Shown here: piece after piece, positions 38,400-51,539 of the stretch
How the letters are laid out: each line of letters begins with the position of its first letter
Numbering within the stretch: position 1 is the stretch's first letter
Source: Octopus bimaculoides
Lineage: Eukaryota
Direction: 5' to 3'
DNA length: 64,000 nt
Assembly (NCBI RefSeq): GCF_001194135.2
Contig: NC_068981.1
Span: forward strand, 104,060,613-104,124,612
The notes under the pieces: model-generated
Told to the model about the DNA's origin: nothing
Databases searched by the model: none
What the model saw: only the letters and a program-made list of their open reading frames with translations
Translations under genes and position numbers: made by a program

Positions 38400-39120
38400 A
38401 ACTGGTGAGTTAGCAAATTCAGTAATGAATTCAGCATGTATGTTGATGCTCATGTGTGCTTGGCTCTCAGAACCATCTTAATTATCATACTTCCCCAGGC
38501 CATATCAGGAGAGTTCAAGACAGGCTGTCTGTTGGAACTCCTACATACAGGTGACCTTATTCATATAGCTAAAGTGTATCCCTGATGTGAATGGAATTTA
38601 ACAGAAGTTAAAATAGCAAATTCTACTGCCGTCTTTAGAAGTTGGGAAGATGCATGCTTGATATGCAAAAAAGGTGTAAGCAGAAATTCTGTACTCTGTA
38701 CTCACTGAAAATTATAGGTGCACAAGAAGTGGTGAGAAAGGATCTTCAGATGTTGAGCCTCACAGAAGGGATAATAGGGGACTGAGACTTCTGGCAGTTT
38801 GCTGTGCTGAAGAAGACACATCTAGCTAAGTAAATACATGGTCATCCTTGTATACAAGCATGTCCCTTGCATCCCTCTTCAGCTGAGCATTCCTAATCTT
38901 GCAGGCTTTGGGTGCCAGTGTCATGTAAAAAGCACCCATGTTGGTGCTGTGTAAAAGCACCCAGTACATTCTATGAAGTGATTGGTGTTAGGAAGGACAT
39001 CCAGCTATATAGAAACCATGCCAAAACAGATATAAGGCCTGGGCAGCTCTCCAGCTAACCAGCTTTGGTTAGACTGTCCAACCCATGCCAGCATAGGAAA
39101 TAGACATTAAATGATGACAT
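38400..39120 (+). mobile_element. Old internally deleted RTE (RT core + 3' end)
   Basis: ILPQAISGEFKTGCLLELLHTGDL (decayed YADD region), CLICKKGVSRNSVLCT, EVVRKDLQMLSL, then a 3' UTR like 16440-16560. Confidence 0.7.
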
Positions 39121-39224
39121 TGTGTATAGGACTGTTTATGTAGCTGAGGCATATGATTAGTTAGCAGTATGAGCATCAATGAAATGAATTTTATCAAATT
39201 CCAGAAAACCTTTAAAATTATTTG

Positions 39225-39800
39225 ACAGTGTCTGTTACCTATGTAAACTTATCAGAAATGAAGGTGGGTATTCCGAAAGCATAGTAGTCAGGGTAAGAAC
39301 AGGATGGAAAAAATTCAGGAAGTTGTTAACTGTACATGGAACAAGGATGTTATTACCTTTGGTTGAAGAGCAGAATGTACAATGCTTGTCCACAAAGTTT
39401 GATATTGCATAGTGGCAAAATGTGAACTTAGATTATGCACTATTTGCAAAACTGGAAAGGAATTAAGCAAGTATGCCCTGCTGGATGTGCAATGTTAGAA
39501 TGCATGAACGATGAAGCACAAATGGACAAAGAAAAACTGGGTATAAAAGGAAATGACTGAGTGAAGAGAGAAAACCATGCTGTTATGAACATGTGCTGCT
39601 CATGAAGGATAACTGATGAGTAAAGAAGTACAAGGAGATCCATGTGGAAGCAACCTAGAGAAGAGGAGGATTTTGGAAAATGTGAGGAAAGCTAATCTCT
39701 TGATTTTGATCTTCACAAATGAGTTGATAAAAGAGTCAACAAGTGGCAAAGCATCATTCTGGAGTAATTCCATCCAAACCATGAAAGCATGGCAACAATT
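39225..39800 (+). pseudogene. Old RTE post-RT fragment
   Basis: DSVCYL..GGYSESIVVRVRTGWKKFRKLL..RMYNAC..ASMPCWMCNV..KEKLGIKG is homologous to 23068-23448. Confidence 0.7.
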
Positions 39801-39859
39801 GAAAGATGATGGTGATGATGACTTTAAAGATGTTTAGTATTTAGTTACAGCCCTGAATG

Positions 39860-40220
39860 TTCAGATTTACATCAGATTAAGACCAACTTCACCTTTTAAC
39901 CTTCCAGTTGAAAACTGGGGTTGAAATAACTGTTTTCCCTCTGCTTAAGTTTCTGGCCTTGTGTCTATGTTAGAAATTATTATTATAATTATTAGTAAGG
40001 CCAAAAAACTGACAAAATTGTTAGCATCCTGGACAAAATGCTTAGCAGTGTATTTCATTTGTCTTTACATTCAGAGTTCAAATGCAGCTGAGGTCGATGT
40101 TGACTTTCACCTCTTTCAGGGTCAATAAAATAAGTATCACATGAGCACTGGGGTCAACGTAATTGACTTGTCTCTTGCCCTAAAAAATTTCAGGCCTTGT
40201 GCCTATAGTAGAAAGGGTTA

Positions 40221-40278
<58 letters not shown>

Positions 40279-40514
40279 GGCAGTGAGCTGGCAGAATCGT
40301 TAGCACACCAGGGGAAATGCTTAGTGGTGTTTCATCTGCTTCTACATTCTAAGTTCAAATTCTGCTGAGATCAACTTTGCCTTTCATCCTTTTGGGGGTC
40401 AATAATTTAAATAAGTACCAGTGAAACACCGGCGTCAAAGTAATTGACTAGTTCCCTCCCCACAAAATTCAGGCCTTGTGCCTATTGTATAAAGGATTAT
40501 TATTATTGTTGTTG

Positions 40515-40552
<38 letters not shown>

Positions 40553-40840
40553 GTTGTTATTATTGTTGTTGTTGTTTTTATTAAGAGGCAGTGGACAAAA
40601 TGCTTGGCAGCATTTCATCTGTGTTTATATTGTGAGTTCAAATTCTGCCAAGATTGACTTTGCTTTTCATCATTTCAATGGATGGGTTCAATGTAATCGA
40701 CTTATGTCCTACCCTGAAATGGCTGGCTTTGTGCCAAAATTGAAAGCCATTATTATTATTTGAACTCAGAGCATGAAGATAGGCAAAATGTTATGAAGCA
40801 TTTCACCCAGTGTGGTAACAATTCAGCCAGCTTACCTCCT
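39860..40840 (+). mobile_element. Tandem array of about 5 SINE family 3 copies separated by (TTA)n
   Basis: Copies at about 39860 (partial), 39995, 40278, 40584 and 40775 (partial). Confidence 0.8.
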
Positions 40841-41968
40841 CAGAATTCAATAATATTAAGATGATGACATCATTGTCAAGATCACGTTTTCTTTACACTG
40901 GCCTCCATCTTCATCATTGTGGTGGTGTTACTGGTGTTGCTGGTTTCAAAATAAATTTGATGTAATGTATTTTCATGACAACTCTATTACAGTTCTACAG
41001 TTGTTATTTTTTCTTCCTGTTGTTATTTAGCCACAGGTTATTAGCACTCATTGAGCAGACCTGTGATCCATAGCATTCCAACTGTAACCATCTGATCATT
41101 TGTTTCATCTCTAGTGTAATAGCCAGTGTGTCTTTTCCTTTTTGCTTAAGATGTCTGGGTGTGACTTAAAGGGAGCTAAGTTGTTATTTCTAGCAGGGGA
41201 GTACTCCCCTCAGCTCATTTTTGCTGCTAATATTGCATAGATTATTGTTGGAAGGCTTGCTGTTCGACCATACAGTCTATCTATATGACCAATACTCCCT
41301 CCTTCTCCATCTCCCCCTCCCACCCAAATATCCCTCTTTACTACTTTCTCTGAAAGATATAAAAAATTTTTTTTCCTTTTTTTTTTTGAATATTTTTTTT
41401 CCTCGTCTTCTTTTCTCTCACTTCCACCACCACCACCATCACCACAACCATTGCATTCCTGTCATCTCATCCAGAGAACACTATTCTATTCTATTCTCAG
41501 CAGAAGCAATCAAAGACACTGCCACAGAGACAATGTCTGCACGCTGCACATTCTCGAATTCGTGGATGGAATTGTTAATAGCCATAAATCTTGCTGTTAC
41601 TGACATCTGCAAGTCGGTGTTGCCGACAAGTTATCGGCTTTCAGCTTCAACTCAGTCCATGTTATTAGCATCAGTACAGTTTGCATTGAGTAAAGCAGGC
41701 ATTTGGTGGCAGCAGCATTTTGGTGGGTGGTGAAGTAGCGGGTGGATGGATGTAGTAGTATGAGGAAGGGTTGTGAGGGGGAGCAGGGGTAGCATTGGTG
41801 TTGGTGGTGGGGGAGAATGCTATTCATTTTGCTATATCACTGTATGAATGTATGAATATCTTGGAGATTTACCATTCTCTTCATTGCTTCCACTTGGCTT
41901 ATTATTGTTTGTATATTGTCAAGTTATTTTTACATGGATTTTTGGCATTTGAAAATACATATATATCA

Positions 41969-42039
<71 letters not shown>

Positions 42040-42720
42040 AACAATAGTTTGAGGGTTTTTTTGGAGGGGGGTTAATTAATTTATTTATTTAAATTATTTT
42101 TTTAAGCGATATCTTGGGTATTGAGATATGGTTATGAGATTATCTATTGCACAATAGATTGTACGGTTCATTTATTGAGAAATTTCTTTCATTCGCTAAC
42201 TTTTTGTTTGATAGCTTAATCTTCTTTATGCTTTATTTCGAGAGGGAGCAGCAAATGGTGATGATGAAAAGTTATGCATTGGGTAATCTATGAGAACAGC
42301 CAACCATGTGTGAAATATCTGTATTTATAACACTCTTTTTCTGTCATTACACACATATGTGCATATATACATATAAACACACACACGTTTATACATACAT
42401 ATACAAGCACACACACACACACACGTATGCATGCATTACTTCATTATCTTAGAAACTTGCTATCTTACACTTAATGGACAGCAGTGGGGGGTTGGGTTGA
42501 GGTAGGGATTGGTGGTGGAGGACGTGTTGAAAATTCCTATCAACTATTGTTTAACAATTAGAAAAATTCCAACAGCATTGAACCTAGTATTGCAGAACAA
42601 GAGAATTACATTTTGTGCAATCAATGTTTTTAACCCACTGTCACTGCCACCACCACCACTATTATTACTACTACCATCATCATCATCATGATTATTGTGA
42701 TTATCATTATGATTATTTTT

Positions 42721-42753
<33 letters not shown>

Positions 42754-43548
42754 ATAATAATAGTAGTAGTAGTAGTAGTAGTAGCAGTAGTATCAGGATC
42801 AACAACAACAATTGCAGCAGTATCTGAATTGAAGTAAATCAAATAAATTATCGAAGTTACTTCCATTAATTCCATGCTAAGTTATTATTCCTAACATATA
42901 TAAACTGGCCCGGTCACCTAGCAACAGAACCTTTATTGTACCTTTAAACAAATATATCTCCTGCGCTGAGCCAACAAAGGAGTCTGTAGAAATTACAGCT
43001 AAATCTCCATCAAATCATAAGGCAGCAAGGTTGTGATTACTTTTCATCCTTGGTCTCTTTGGCCAGACTTGACCTAGGGTTAAACAACAAAAGCTACACT
43101 TTTTTTTTTTTAAATCTTAGAATTATATTACCAAATATTTCACCCTTTAGCAAAGGCTAGAAATAGCTGGGTTTGGACTGAGAAATTTTAATCAAATTCA
43201 ATATACATAACTTAGGTTAGTGTTTTGATCAGGAAGCTTCTGAGTAGTCACTCAACTGTCTAGAAATAGCAGCTAAATTTCTCACATATTATATATTTCA
43301 TATCTTCAATAAAGAAGTGGCATATTGGATAGTGTAATTCTACATATAGGCACAGGCATGGCTGTGTGGTTAGAAGCTTGCTTCCCAACCACATGGTTCC
43401 AGGTTCAGTCGCACTTCATGGCACCTTGGGCAAGTGCCTTCTACTAAAGCCTTGGGTTAATCAAAGCTTTGTGGGTAGATTTGGTTGGCAGAAACTGAAA
43501 GAAATTCATCATGTGTGTGTGTGTATATAACTAACAGATTAGTTATAT

Positions 43549-43641
43549 ACATTATTTACATTTTAACGGATATTTGTCCTCACCTAGTTTGTTGTTAACA
43601 CAACGTTTCGGCTGATGTACCCTCCAGCCTTCATCAGGAGT
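43549..43641 (-). mobile_element. 93-bp HHR mini-insert (same family as 7396-7663), core intact
   Basis: The reverse complement reads CTGATGA-A-GGCTG-gagggtacat-CAGCC-GAAAC-GT-T-GTGTT. A direct repeat GATTAGTTATAT lies at 43537-43548 and 43642-43653. Confidence 0.75.
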
Positions 43642-43659
43642 GATTAGTTATATGACTAT

Positions 43660-43988
43660 GAAGGTGCATGGCTCCAGTGATTAGAGCGTCAAGCTTACAA
43701 TCGTAAGGTTGTGAGTTCGAATCCCAGACCGGGCTGCGTATTGTGTTCTTGAGCAAGACACTTTATTTCACATTGCTCCAGTTCACTCAGCTGTAGAAAT
43801 GAGTTGCGACGTCACATGTGCCAAGCTGTATCGGCCTTTGTCTTTCTCTTGGATAACATTGGTGGCATGGAGAGGGGAGGCTGGTATGCATGTGCGACTG
43901 CTGGTCTTCCATAAACAACTTTGCCTGGGAGGGTAAATTCCTAGGTGCAATCTCATGGTCAGTCATGATCGAAGGGGGTCTCCGCATT
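43660..43988 (+). mobile_element. tRNA-derived SINE with a 13-bp TSD
   Basis: A/B boxes tggctccagtga / gagttcgaatccc. TSD GTTATATGACTAT at 43647-43659 and 43989-44001. Confidence 0.8.
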
Positions 43989-44059
43989 GTTATATGACTA
44001 TATGTATGAAGTATTGAACTCCAAGTTTGTTTGACCTGAAGAGGAGTAATATTCATGAT

Positions 44060-44482
44060 TATCATTTTAACATCCATTTTTCCATACATGCATGGGTTGG
44101 ACGGAGTTTATTGAGGCAAATTTTCTACAGCAAGATGCTCTTCTAATCACCAATCCTTACCTGTTTCCAGGCAAGATAATATTTTCCCATATTTTTTACA
44201 GAATATTGTTGTTGAATGGCTCTACTTGTGTAATGGTGACAATTACTTACAACTATCAGCTGATGTCAAGACAAGGAAGCACAAATGTACATGCACACAG
44301 ACATATGCGTGCACACACACACAATGTTCTTCTTTCAGTTTCCATCTATCAAATCCACTCATAAGGCTTTGGTTGGCCTGATGCTATAGAAGAGACCAGC
44401 CCAAAGTGCCACACAGTAGAACTGAGCCCAAATCCTTGTGGTTAGGAAACAAACGTTTTACCATGCAACTATCCTAGTGCCT
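44060..44482 (-). mobile_element. SINE family 1 head with RTE-type tail
   Basis: Same architecture as 2481-2872, in reverse orientation. Confidence 0.7.
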
Positions 44483-44636
44483 ACTAAATATACTGAACTG
44501 TGCTTCAGTTTACTTTAGCTGAAGATCACCAAGCCTTTTAAATGACCATCCAGTCCTGTATGAGATCAGGGCCTTGTCTGTTTAATGAGCAATTGTTTTG
44601 GTTTGTGGAATTATTAACTTTTAAACGTATATACTT

Positions 44637-44965
44637 CATCATCATCATCATAATTCTTTAGTGTGTTTTCCATGCTGGCATTGGTTGGACAGTGTGACCA
44701 GAGTTGGCAAGCCAGAGAGCTGCACCAGGTTCCAATCCTCTTCATCAGGGAGAGTGGTATTAACACATCTGCTTTGGAGGATAGATCTTCTTGAGTACAG
44801 CAATGTGTCAGATATCTCAATCCTTTGTCATCTCTCTCATAAGGTTTAGTGTCCTGAGATCGCCCTTCAATACTTCATCGCATGTCTTCCTGGTCACATG
44901 ACCAAACCAGCGCAGTCTTCTGTCTTGCACACTGCATCCAATTCCTTTTATGTCTAACTTTTGTC
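44637..44965 (-). mobile_element. RTE 3' fragment with internal deletion
   Basis: GIGCSVQDRRLRWFGHV joined directly to RKTCDEVLKGDLRTLNL, then a (GAT)n tail. Confidence 0.75.
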
Positions 44966-44995
44966 ACAACACACTAGCACTCTGTCACATATCTC

Positions 44996-45389
44996 TTTCA
45001 CTCATTTCAGTCACCTGACTGCGACCATGCTGGAGCACCGACTTTAGTCGAGCAAATCGACCCCAGGACTTATTCTTTGGAAGCCTAGTACTAATTCTAT
45101 CGGTCTCTTTTTGCCGAACCGCTAAGTTACGGGGACGTAAACACACCAGCATCAGTTGTCAAGCGATGTTGGGGGGACAAACACAGACACACAAACACAC
45201 ACATATATATACATATACATATATACGACGGGCTTCTTTCAGTTTCCGTCTACCAAATCCACTCACAAAGCTTTGGTTGGCCCGAAGCTGTAGTAAAAGA
45301 CACTTGCCCAAGGTGCCACGCAGTGGGACTGAACCCGGAACCATGTGGTTGGTAAGCAAGCTACTTACCACACAGCCACTCCTGTGCCT
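44996..45389 (-). mobile_element. Young full-length SINE family 1 copy
   Basis: CpGs largely intact; colinear with 11981-12376. Confidence 0.9.
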
Positions 45390-45839
45390 ATGTACACTTA
45401 TGCTTTGGAATTTGATTTCTTCAAGTCCAACTTGGAAAAAATTCTCCTACTATCACTGGTTTGCTAGGAAATATTTAAGGTAACAATATGAAGTGTCCAC
45501 AGAATTAGTTACTAACATGCCAATTGTCTGCTCAAATAGAGCTGGCCAACAAATAGTCAATAAACACATTACCAACTTTCCCTTCAAATAATCTTAAATA
45601 TCAAAAAGAATTGTAGTAATATATAACAAAGTTGGTTATAAAAGTTAACTAAAAAATATCTATTCTCTTGCTAACTTCAGTGCAATAATTACCATATTTT
45701 TATACAAGGTATGCATGGTATGTGGTTTTACATCTATTTTCATACTAAGGAAAGCAGAGTTATGTTCAAGATTTAAATCAATGAAAATGTTGTGACTTGT
45801 TCAGAACCTTGTGCTAATTATATAATTATATTATTTGTT

Positions 45840-45883
<44 letters not shown>

Positions 45884-45984
45884 TACATATATATATGTAT
45901 GTGCGCACACATGTACATATGTAAATATGTGTGGCTGTCTGTGTATTGGCCCGTCCCCCCCACACACGCACACATGCGCACATA

Positions 45985-46201
45985 CAAGGGGGTGTTGAAA
46001 AGTTTCTGGCTTTAAGGTTATCACAAAAGACCTGGTTTTTGGTCCAAACTTCTGAGTTCTTTTACAAGGCTTAGAAAAACTGAAGAACCACTGCAATATG
46101 TGTGTGAATCTGAGAAGTGGGTACATTTAATAAAATCATACTTAAATGATTCTCTTGTATTTTCTTTTACCCAAAGCCAGGAACTTTTCAGCACTCCCTT
46201 T
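45985..46201 (+). mobile_element. mariner-type MITE
   Basis: TIRs (TA)CAAGGGGGTGTTGAAAAGTTTCTGGCTTT / AAAGCCAGGAACTTTTCAGCACTCCCTT. The internal LEKLKNHCNMCVNLRSGYI* resembles the mariner C-terminus. Confidence 0.75.
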
Positions 46202-47932
46202 AAGCCTCATAGATCTTATGTTTGTATAGGCTTTCACAATGGCTCATGAAAACCATATTGTTATATTGGGTCATACTGCTTACTATTTAAGACAAAACAT
46301 TTGCTATAAAATAAATACACTTCATCATACACTCTGACACACACGCACAAAGTAGAGTATGAAATAAAAATAAAGTGTGTGGAAACAACTTCCAGAACAT
46401 TGCCAACTACCATTAGTCTAGTGCCACTAGCCAAAAAACATTAGCAACACAACACATGTACCTCATCAAGCAGCAAATAATGTAGAGTAAGAGACTAAAA
46501 TCTTGACATAACAAGTTGACAACCCAGTTTAATTTCCTGGTTTCTATTGTTTCATGTAGTTTAGAAATGTTCATACATTTCAGGAAAGACCTGAGCACCA
46601 CAACTATTATTTATTCCCTCTACACCTTAAGTCGGTTGGACTAATGTTTAAGGAAAATTCATGAGTGCCACAACTCAGATTTCTGCATCTGAAGTTGAAG
46701 TTAACAGCACTAAACAACACTAGCTGATGTATAATTCTGATTACGAACATTCTGTCTGTCACTCTAGCATGAGATTAAAAGTTATTGATTGCATGATTAA
46801 TTGACCTTATCAAGAATTAATAATGACTTTTTATTATTATTATTTTTGTGTTAGTGGCCACAATCTCTGTAATTTTTAGTAGAATCAAATGGGAACTTAT
46901 GCCACCTTCCCCATATGTGTTAATTGTGAAAGTGAAGTGAAATTGTTCCAAGTGGGAATGCTGTTGTCTCACTGCAATGCTCTCTACAAATACGTTAAGC
47001 TAGTTAAGGTACTCCTTGTTGCTCGGTTACCAAATATGTGTAAACAGTTTTCTTTGTTTATTTGGGGTTTTTTTTTGCTATACTACATGGTTTAACTTTC
47101 AGTAAGTTTTTTATGCATTTCATTTTGTATGCAATTATATTTGTATACACACTCACATACACATTTATTTATTTATTTATTTATTTATTTCAAACACTAT
47201 AAAAATTAACAGTGAAAGTCATAGAGCATAATACCTGAATACTTAAAAACATAAACAAATTTAAATGTGAAACAAAGAATAAATTATTTCCTACATTCCA
47301 TTGTATTTGAAATTGCAAATGAACCTTTTTCAAAACGTGATTTTTAAATGAGAAAATTTAACAACTACAGTGTTCCAATGTTGAAGGTATATGTAAAATC
47401 CTTTGTGTTTTTTTGTGAGAGAGAAAACAGAAAGGGAGAAAAAGAAGTAAATACTATTTGATGTCATCGAATAACTTTTTCTGTATCTCACGCTGTCACT
47501 CTTCTCCTACCACTCCATTACAACTATCAATCAGTCTTTCAATATCTCTTTTCTTGAATCCTCCCTATTATACCCCAGGAGGGGACTTCAGACTGGGATG
47601 GGAGAGGGATTCTACATGCATTATTTTGAGCTGATTTTGGAGATGTATGAAAATTTTGGAAAAATTCATGTTGAGAAATTCTTCTAGATAAATATACTTT
47701 GTACATTGTTGATTTTTAAATGTAGATACTGAAGTCTTTTGATAAATCTGTTCCCTACTGGTAAAGGAAACAGTCAATCAAATCAACCAGCATGAAGTAG
47801 AAATGCAAAGTATTTTATTGATCTTCAGTGAAAGAAGGTCAAAGTTAGCTTTGATCAGATTTTAGCACAAAAATTGAATTTAATCTGTTGCTAAAATCAT
47901 GTACACTGTAAACCACTTCCCTATCCTTCACA

Positions 47933-47934
<2 letters not shown>

Positions 47935-48024
<90 letters not shown>
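47935..48024. repeat. (CT)n microsatellite
   Basis: Directly visible. Confidence 0.95.
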
Positions 48025-48027
<3 letters not shown>

Positions 48028-48166
48028 GTCTATAAGAGAGAAAGTGGATGAAGCTGTGCAAGGTCTTTTGCTTTTTTACTTAACATCATTTTACTTAAAT
48101 ATCATATAAACGGAACTTTTCACAACAAATATTCTGTTACAGGAGTCACTAGCTCATACTCTAGAT

Positions 48167-48391
48167 CAGTAGTTCTCAGCCATTTTTTACCTGTGGGCTC
48201 CTTTCATTCCTATTTTACTCATCTGGACCCTTATATCTATTTGAAGTCTAAAAAATTCCAATTTTATTTTTAAAATTAAATATTATTAGGAATTGTATTA
48301 AAAGTATAACCAATTTATTGCACATAAATTTTAACAGCAAAATCTTATATGAACCCCTAAGAGTCATATAGACCCTGGTTGAGAACCACTG
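48167..48391. mobile_element. hAT (Charlie-like) MITE
   Basis: TIRs CAGTAGTTCTCAGCC / GGTTGAGAACCACTG. The 8-bp TSD is CTCTAGAT / ATTTAGAT (NTCTAGAN-type target). Confidence 0.85.
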
Positions 48392-49338
48392 ATTTAGATA
48401 ATATCCACTGTTGTTGTGTGTACCATTAGGTCTATCCCTTAAATATATTGCTGCTGAAGGGATAATTGTCTATTTCATCTTCATTTTCATTGTCCTGATA
48501 ATATCCAGTATTGTTGCAGAGGTCATTTGGTTTGTCACTCTCGTATTCATATCCTATCTTTTCAGATATATTCAAGAATCATTCATCATCAATTTGTCTA
48601 GCTTATTACTACAGTAATGCTTTTAATAATGTTAGTGATAAATTTTGTATAAACTTTTCCCAGCAGTTCTTTGTTAATAGTATTCATCTTGCTATCAGAT
48701 TGGTTAACAATTTTTCAAGACAGTCCAGTTGGAGGCCAAATTGTTTTCTCTCAATACCTTTGTTTGATTATCAGCTTGCATATTTCTATGAGAAAAACAG
48801 ATCTATCAACAACGGTTTGTACAAATAAGAAGCAGAATATTTCATTTTTGTTTCTCAGGATTTCTGTGATGGATTGAATCTCCTTTGAAAGTCAGCTTTC
48901 TCAAGATTAGTATTAAAGTTCTGAAGATGTAATCAAATACTGATGGCCATAAATGTTTACAAAAAGGAAAACAATAGTAGGAAGCAATTTCTATGAAGGT
49001 AAAACTGGGCATTGTGCTTAGTGTGGAGTTGTGAGGTAAGGCAGTGAGTGAAACAAGAGATGAGACTGGTCAATGAATTGAGCCTAATTTGAGAGAGTGT
49101 CCAGAGGAACAGTGGCCTTCATAGTAGTGTTAGATCGGAGACAGACTTCAACAACCTAATGGTTATATTATATTGGTGAATGTATCTTTGTCAATCAGTC
49201 AACTAGATACACTTTGGATGCAATTTAGGATGTTTGTGTGTACATTAACAGTATCATCCACTTACATATGAGTGGTACCCCAACGTGGGTGTTACTTGAG
49301 CAGCTATGTATTCCAATGCAGCTCTGACTTGCTTTCAG

Positions 49339-49418
49339 GCTAATAGCACACTCATTATTTACCAAGTGCCCTCACTTCATGCTGTGGAAGTGGGAATTGG
49401 ACTTATCCATACTAATAA
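49339..49418 (+). CDS. Candidate 80-nt internal exon of an unidentified host gene
   Basis: Acceptor ctctgacttgctttcag, donor AA|GTAATT. The open frame reads ANSTLIIYQVPSLHAVEVGIGLIHTN+AA (phase 0 to phase 2). Confidence 0.5.
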
Positions 49419-50071
49419 GTAATTTACAGCTTGATCAACTGGCCAAATGTAAGCATAATGTCTTTCCCATCACAAACAGAATGCAAACTAGCCTTTCTGC
49501 ATCAACCATCGGCCTGACATCCAACTCTACCAGCTACAACTCCCCTTTTCTCTTGGATTTATTTATTCATTCATTCTCTCATCAATTTTGTTCATCAGGC
49601 CAGCTTCACCTGATGGAGAAAATTAATGAGAGATTGGTCATTTTATCACTTTCATATTTCTCTGTGCCTTGCCATATTTTTATAAATATTGATGTATGAT
49701 ATGCAGCCTTTATCTTGCTAATATGTGTGTGTGTGTGTGTGGTGTGGTGTGGTGCAGAGAGTTTGGATTGAAGTGGGGAAGGAGAGAAAGAAAGTGAGTG
49801 TGTGAGAGAGAGAGAGAGCGAGATTATAGTTTTATTCATTTACACTACATCTTAATATTGAAAAATTTATTGAATATTCTAACATGTTTACATTTTTGCA
49901 GCTATCTAGAAAGTCATTTATCACCCCAGTTTAAAATTTTTTTTTTCTTTGTAAGGAAGCTTGTTCGTTTATTTATGTCAATGCATAATAATAATAAGGA
50001 GGATTACCATAATAATAGTAATAATAATGATGATAATGATTACAATAACAATGATGATAATAATAATAATA

Positions 50072-50136
<65 letters not shown>

Positions 50137-50364
50137 GAGTAATGGTGATAAGAGAATCTTCAATAGATATTTTTTTTTCCAAAGACCAGCTTTGAAATCT
50201 TTGGCTCTTATTCCCAGAGTTCATCTTAATTTTAGTCTCATCTGTGGACAGTACATTAGCCTAATCACTTTCTGATAATCTTTTGTTTTCTTCTTACCCA
50301 GTGTGTGTATGTGTGTACATTAAGAGTATGTATGTATGTATGTATGTGTGTGTGTGTGTGTGTA

Positions 50365-50397
<33 letters not shown>

Positions 50398-51539
50398 ATG
50401 TATGTATGTATGTGCACACATACATTTGTAGTCATGTGTATTTGGACATAAGTATTCATAGGCGTGTGGGTGGATGTTTTATATAAATGTATGTATGTCC
50501 ATTGATATATGTTTGTAGATGTGTCTGCATGTGTATGTTTAGGTGAATTAAAGTACATGTAGACATGCATTTGTTGATATACATATGTATTTGCTTGTGT
50601 ATATATATATATTCTTAAATGTGTCTATATGTGAATGTGTGGTTGTTTGTGTTTGTGCATATACATGTTTTTTGTAAATGTATGTGTATTTGCACACGTT
50701 TTTGTAGCTGTTTGTATTAGAGGATGTGTATATATATGCATGTGTGAGTGTTTGTGTGTGTAGGGGTGGTGGTAATTGTGTGCATACCTCCATTTGTAAA
50801 TGTGTGTATATGTCTATGAATTTGCATGTATATGTATGCACCTTTATGTAATGTGTATGTGTAATTATGGTTCATGTGTGTGTGCTTATATAAGTACGGT
50901 GTGTATGTGTATCAGTGTGTATGCATGCATTCATGTCTATAAGCATTAAATTTATTTGGTGTTAGTGTGTTTTACATTTTTGTTTTTCTTTAATGTTTTT
51001 TTTTTCCTTTTAACATATGACAAAAAGAAATGGTTGTTCTTTCCAAGCTGGTGTCTTAAAGAGCAATCACTTCATAAAATCTCTCAGCTGAAGACATGCT
51101 CTTGTCCCTACTGCTCACTTGCTTTGTCTCTTTCTCTCTTTCTCTCAATCTCTCTTCCTCCCTCTTTTAAGATGATTTATGGCTCTCCTCCAGTTAGACA
51201 ATAAGTATATAGAAATACTTGAGAGATTCAATAAAGTCATTAACACAACGTTGTTAATTGCTGGGTGGGTTGTTTTTTTCTTTTTTTGTTATGCTTTTTG
51301 CACAATAGTATCTAGTTCTTGCTCAGTATAATACTAAAAGATTAATAGAACAAAACAGCAAATGCTAGACATCCTTTCTGCAAACATTCTTTACAAAGGA
51401 TATTATCTCTGATGTTTCTCTTGCAGAAAGTGTCCTCACCACCACCACCTTTCCAGAACAATGACATAGCATCACAGAGATATGCCAATGGCACAATTAT
51501 TTACTATCATTATTATTATTAGTAGTAGTAGTGGTGGTG

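Noticed and set aside
41221-41733. 170-aa ORF
   Set aside because: The first half is low-complexity T/CAC-rich sequence. Only the 3' CpG block is retained, as a separate low-confidence finding.
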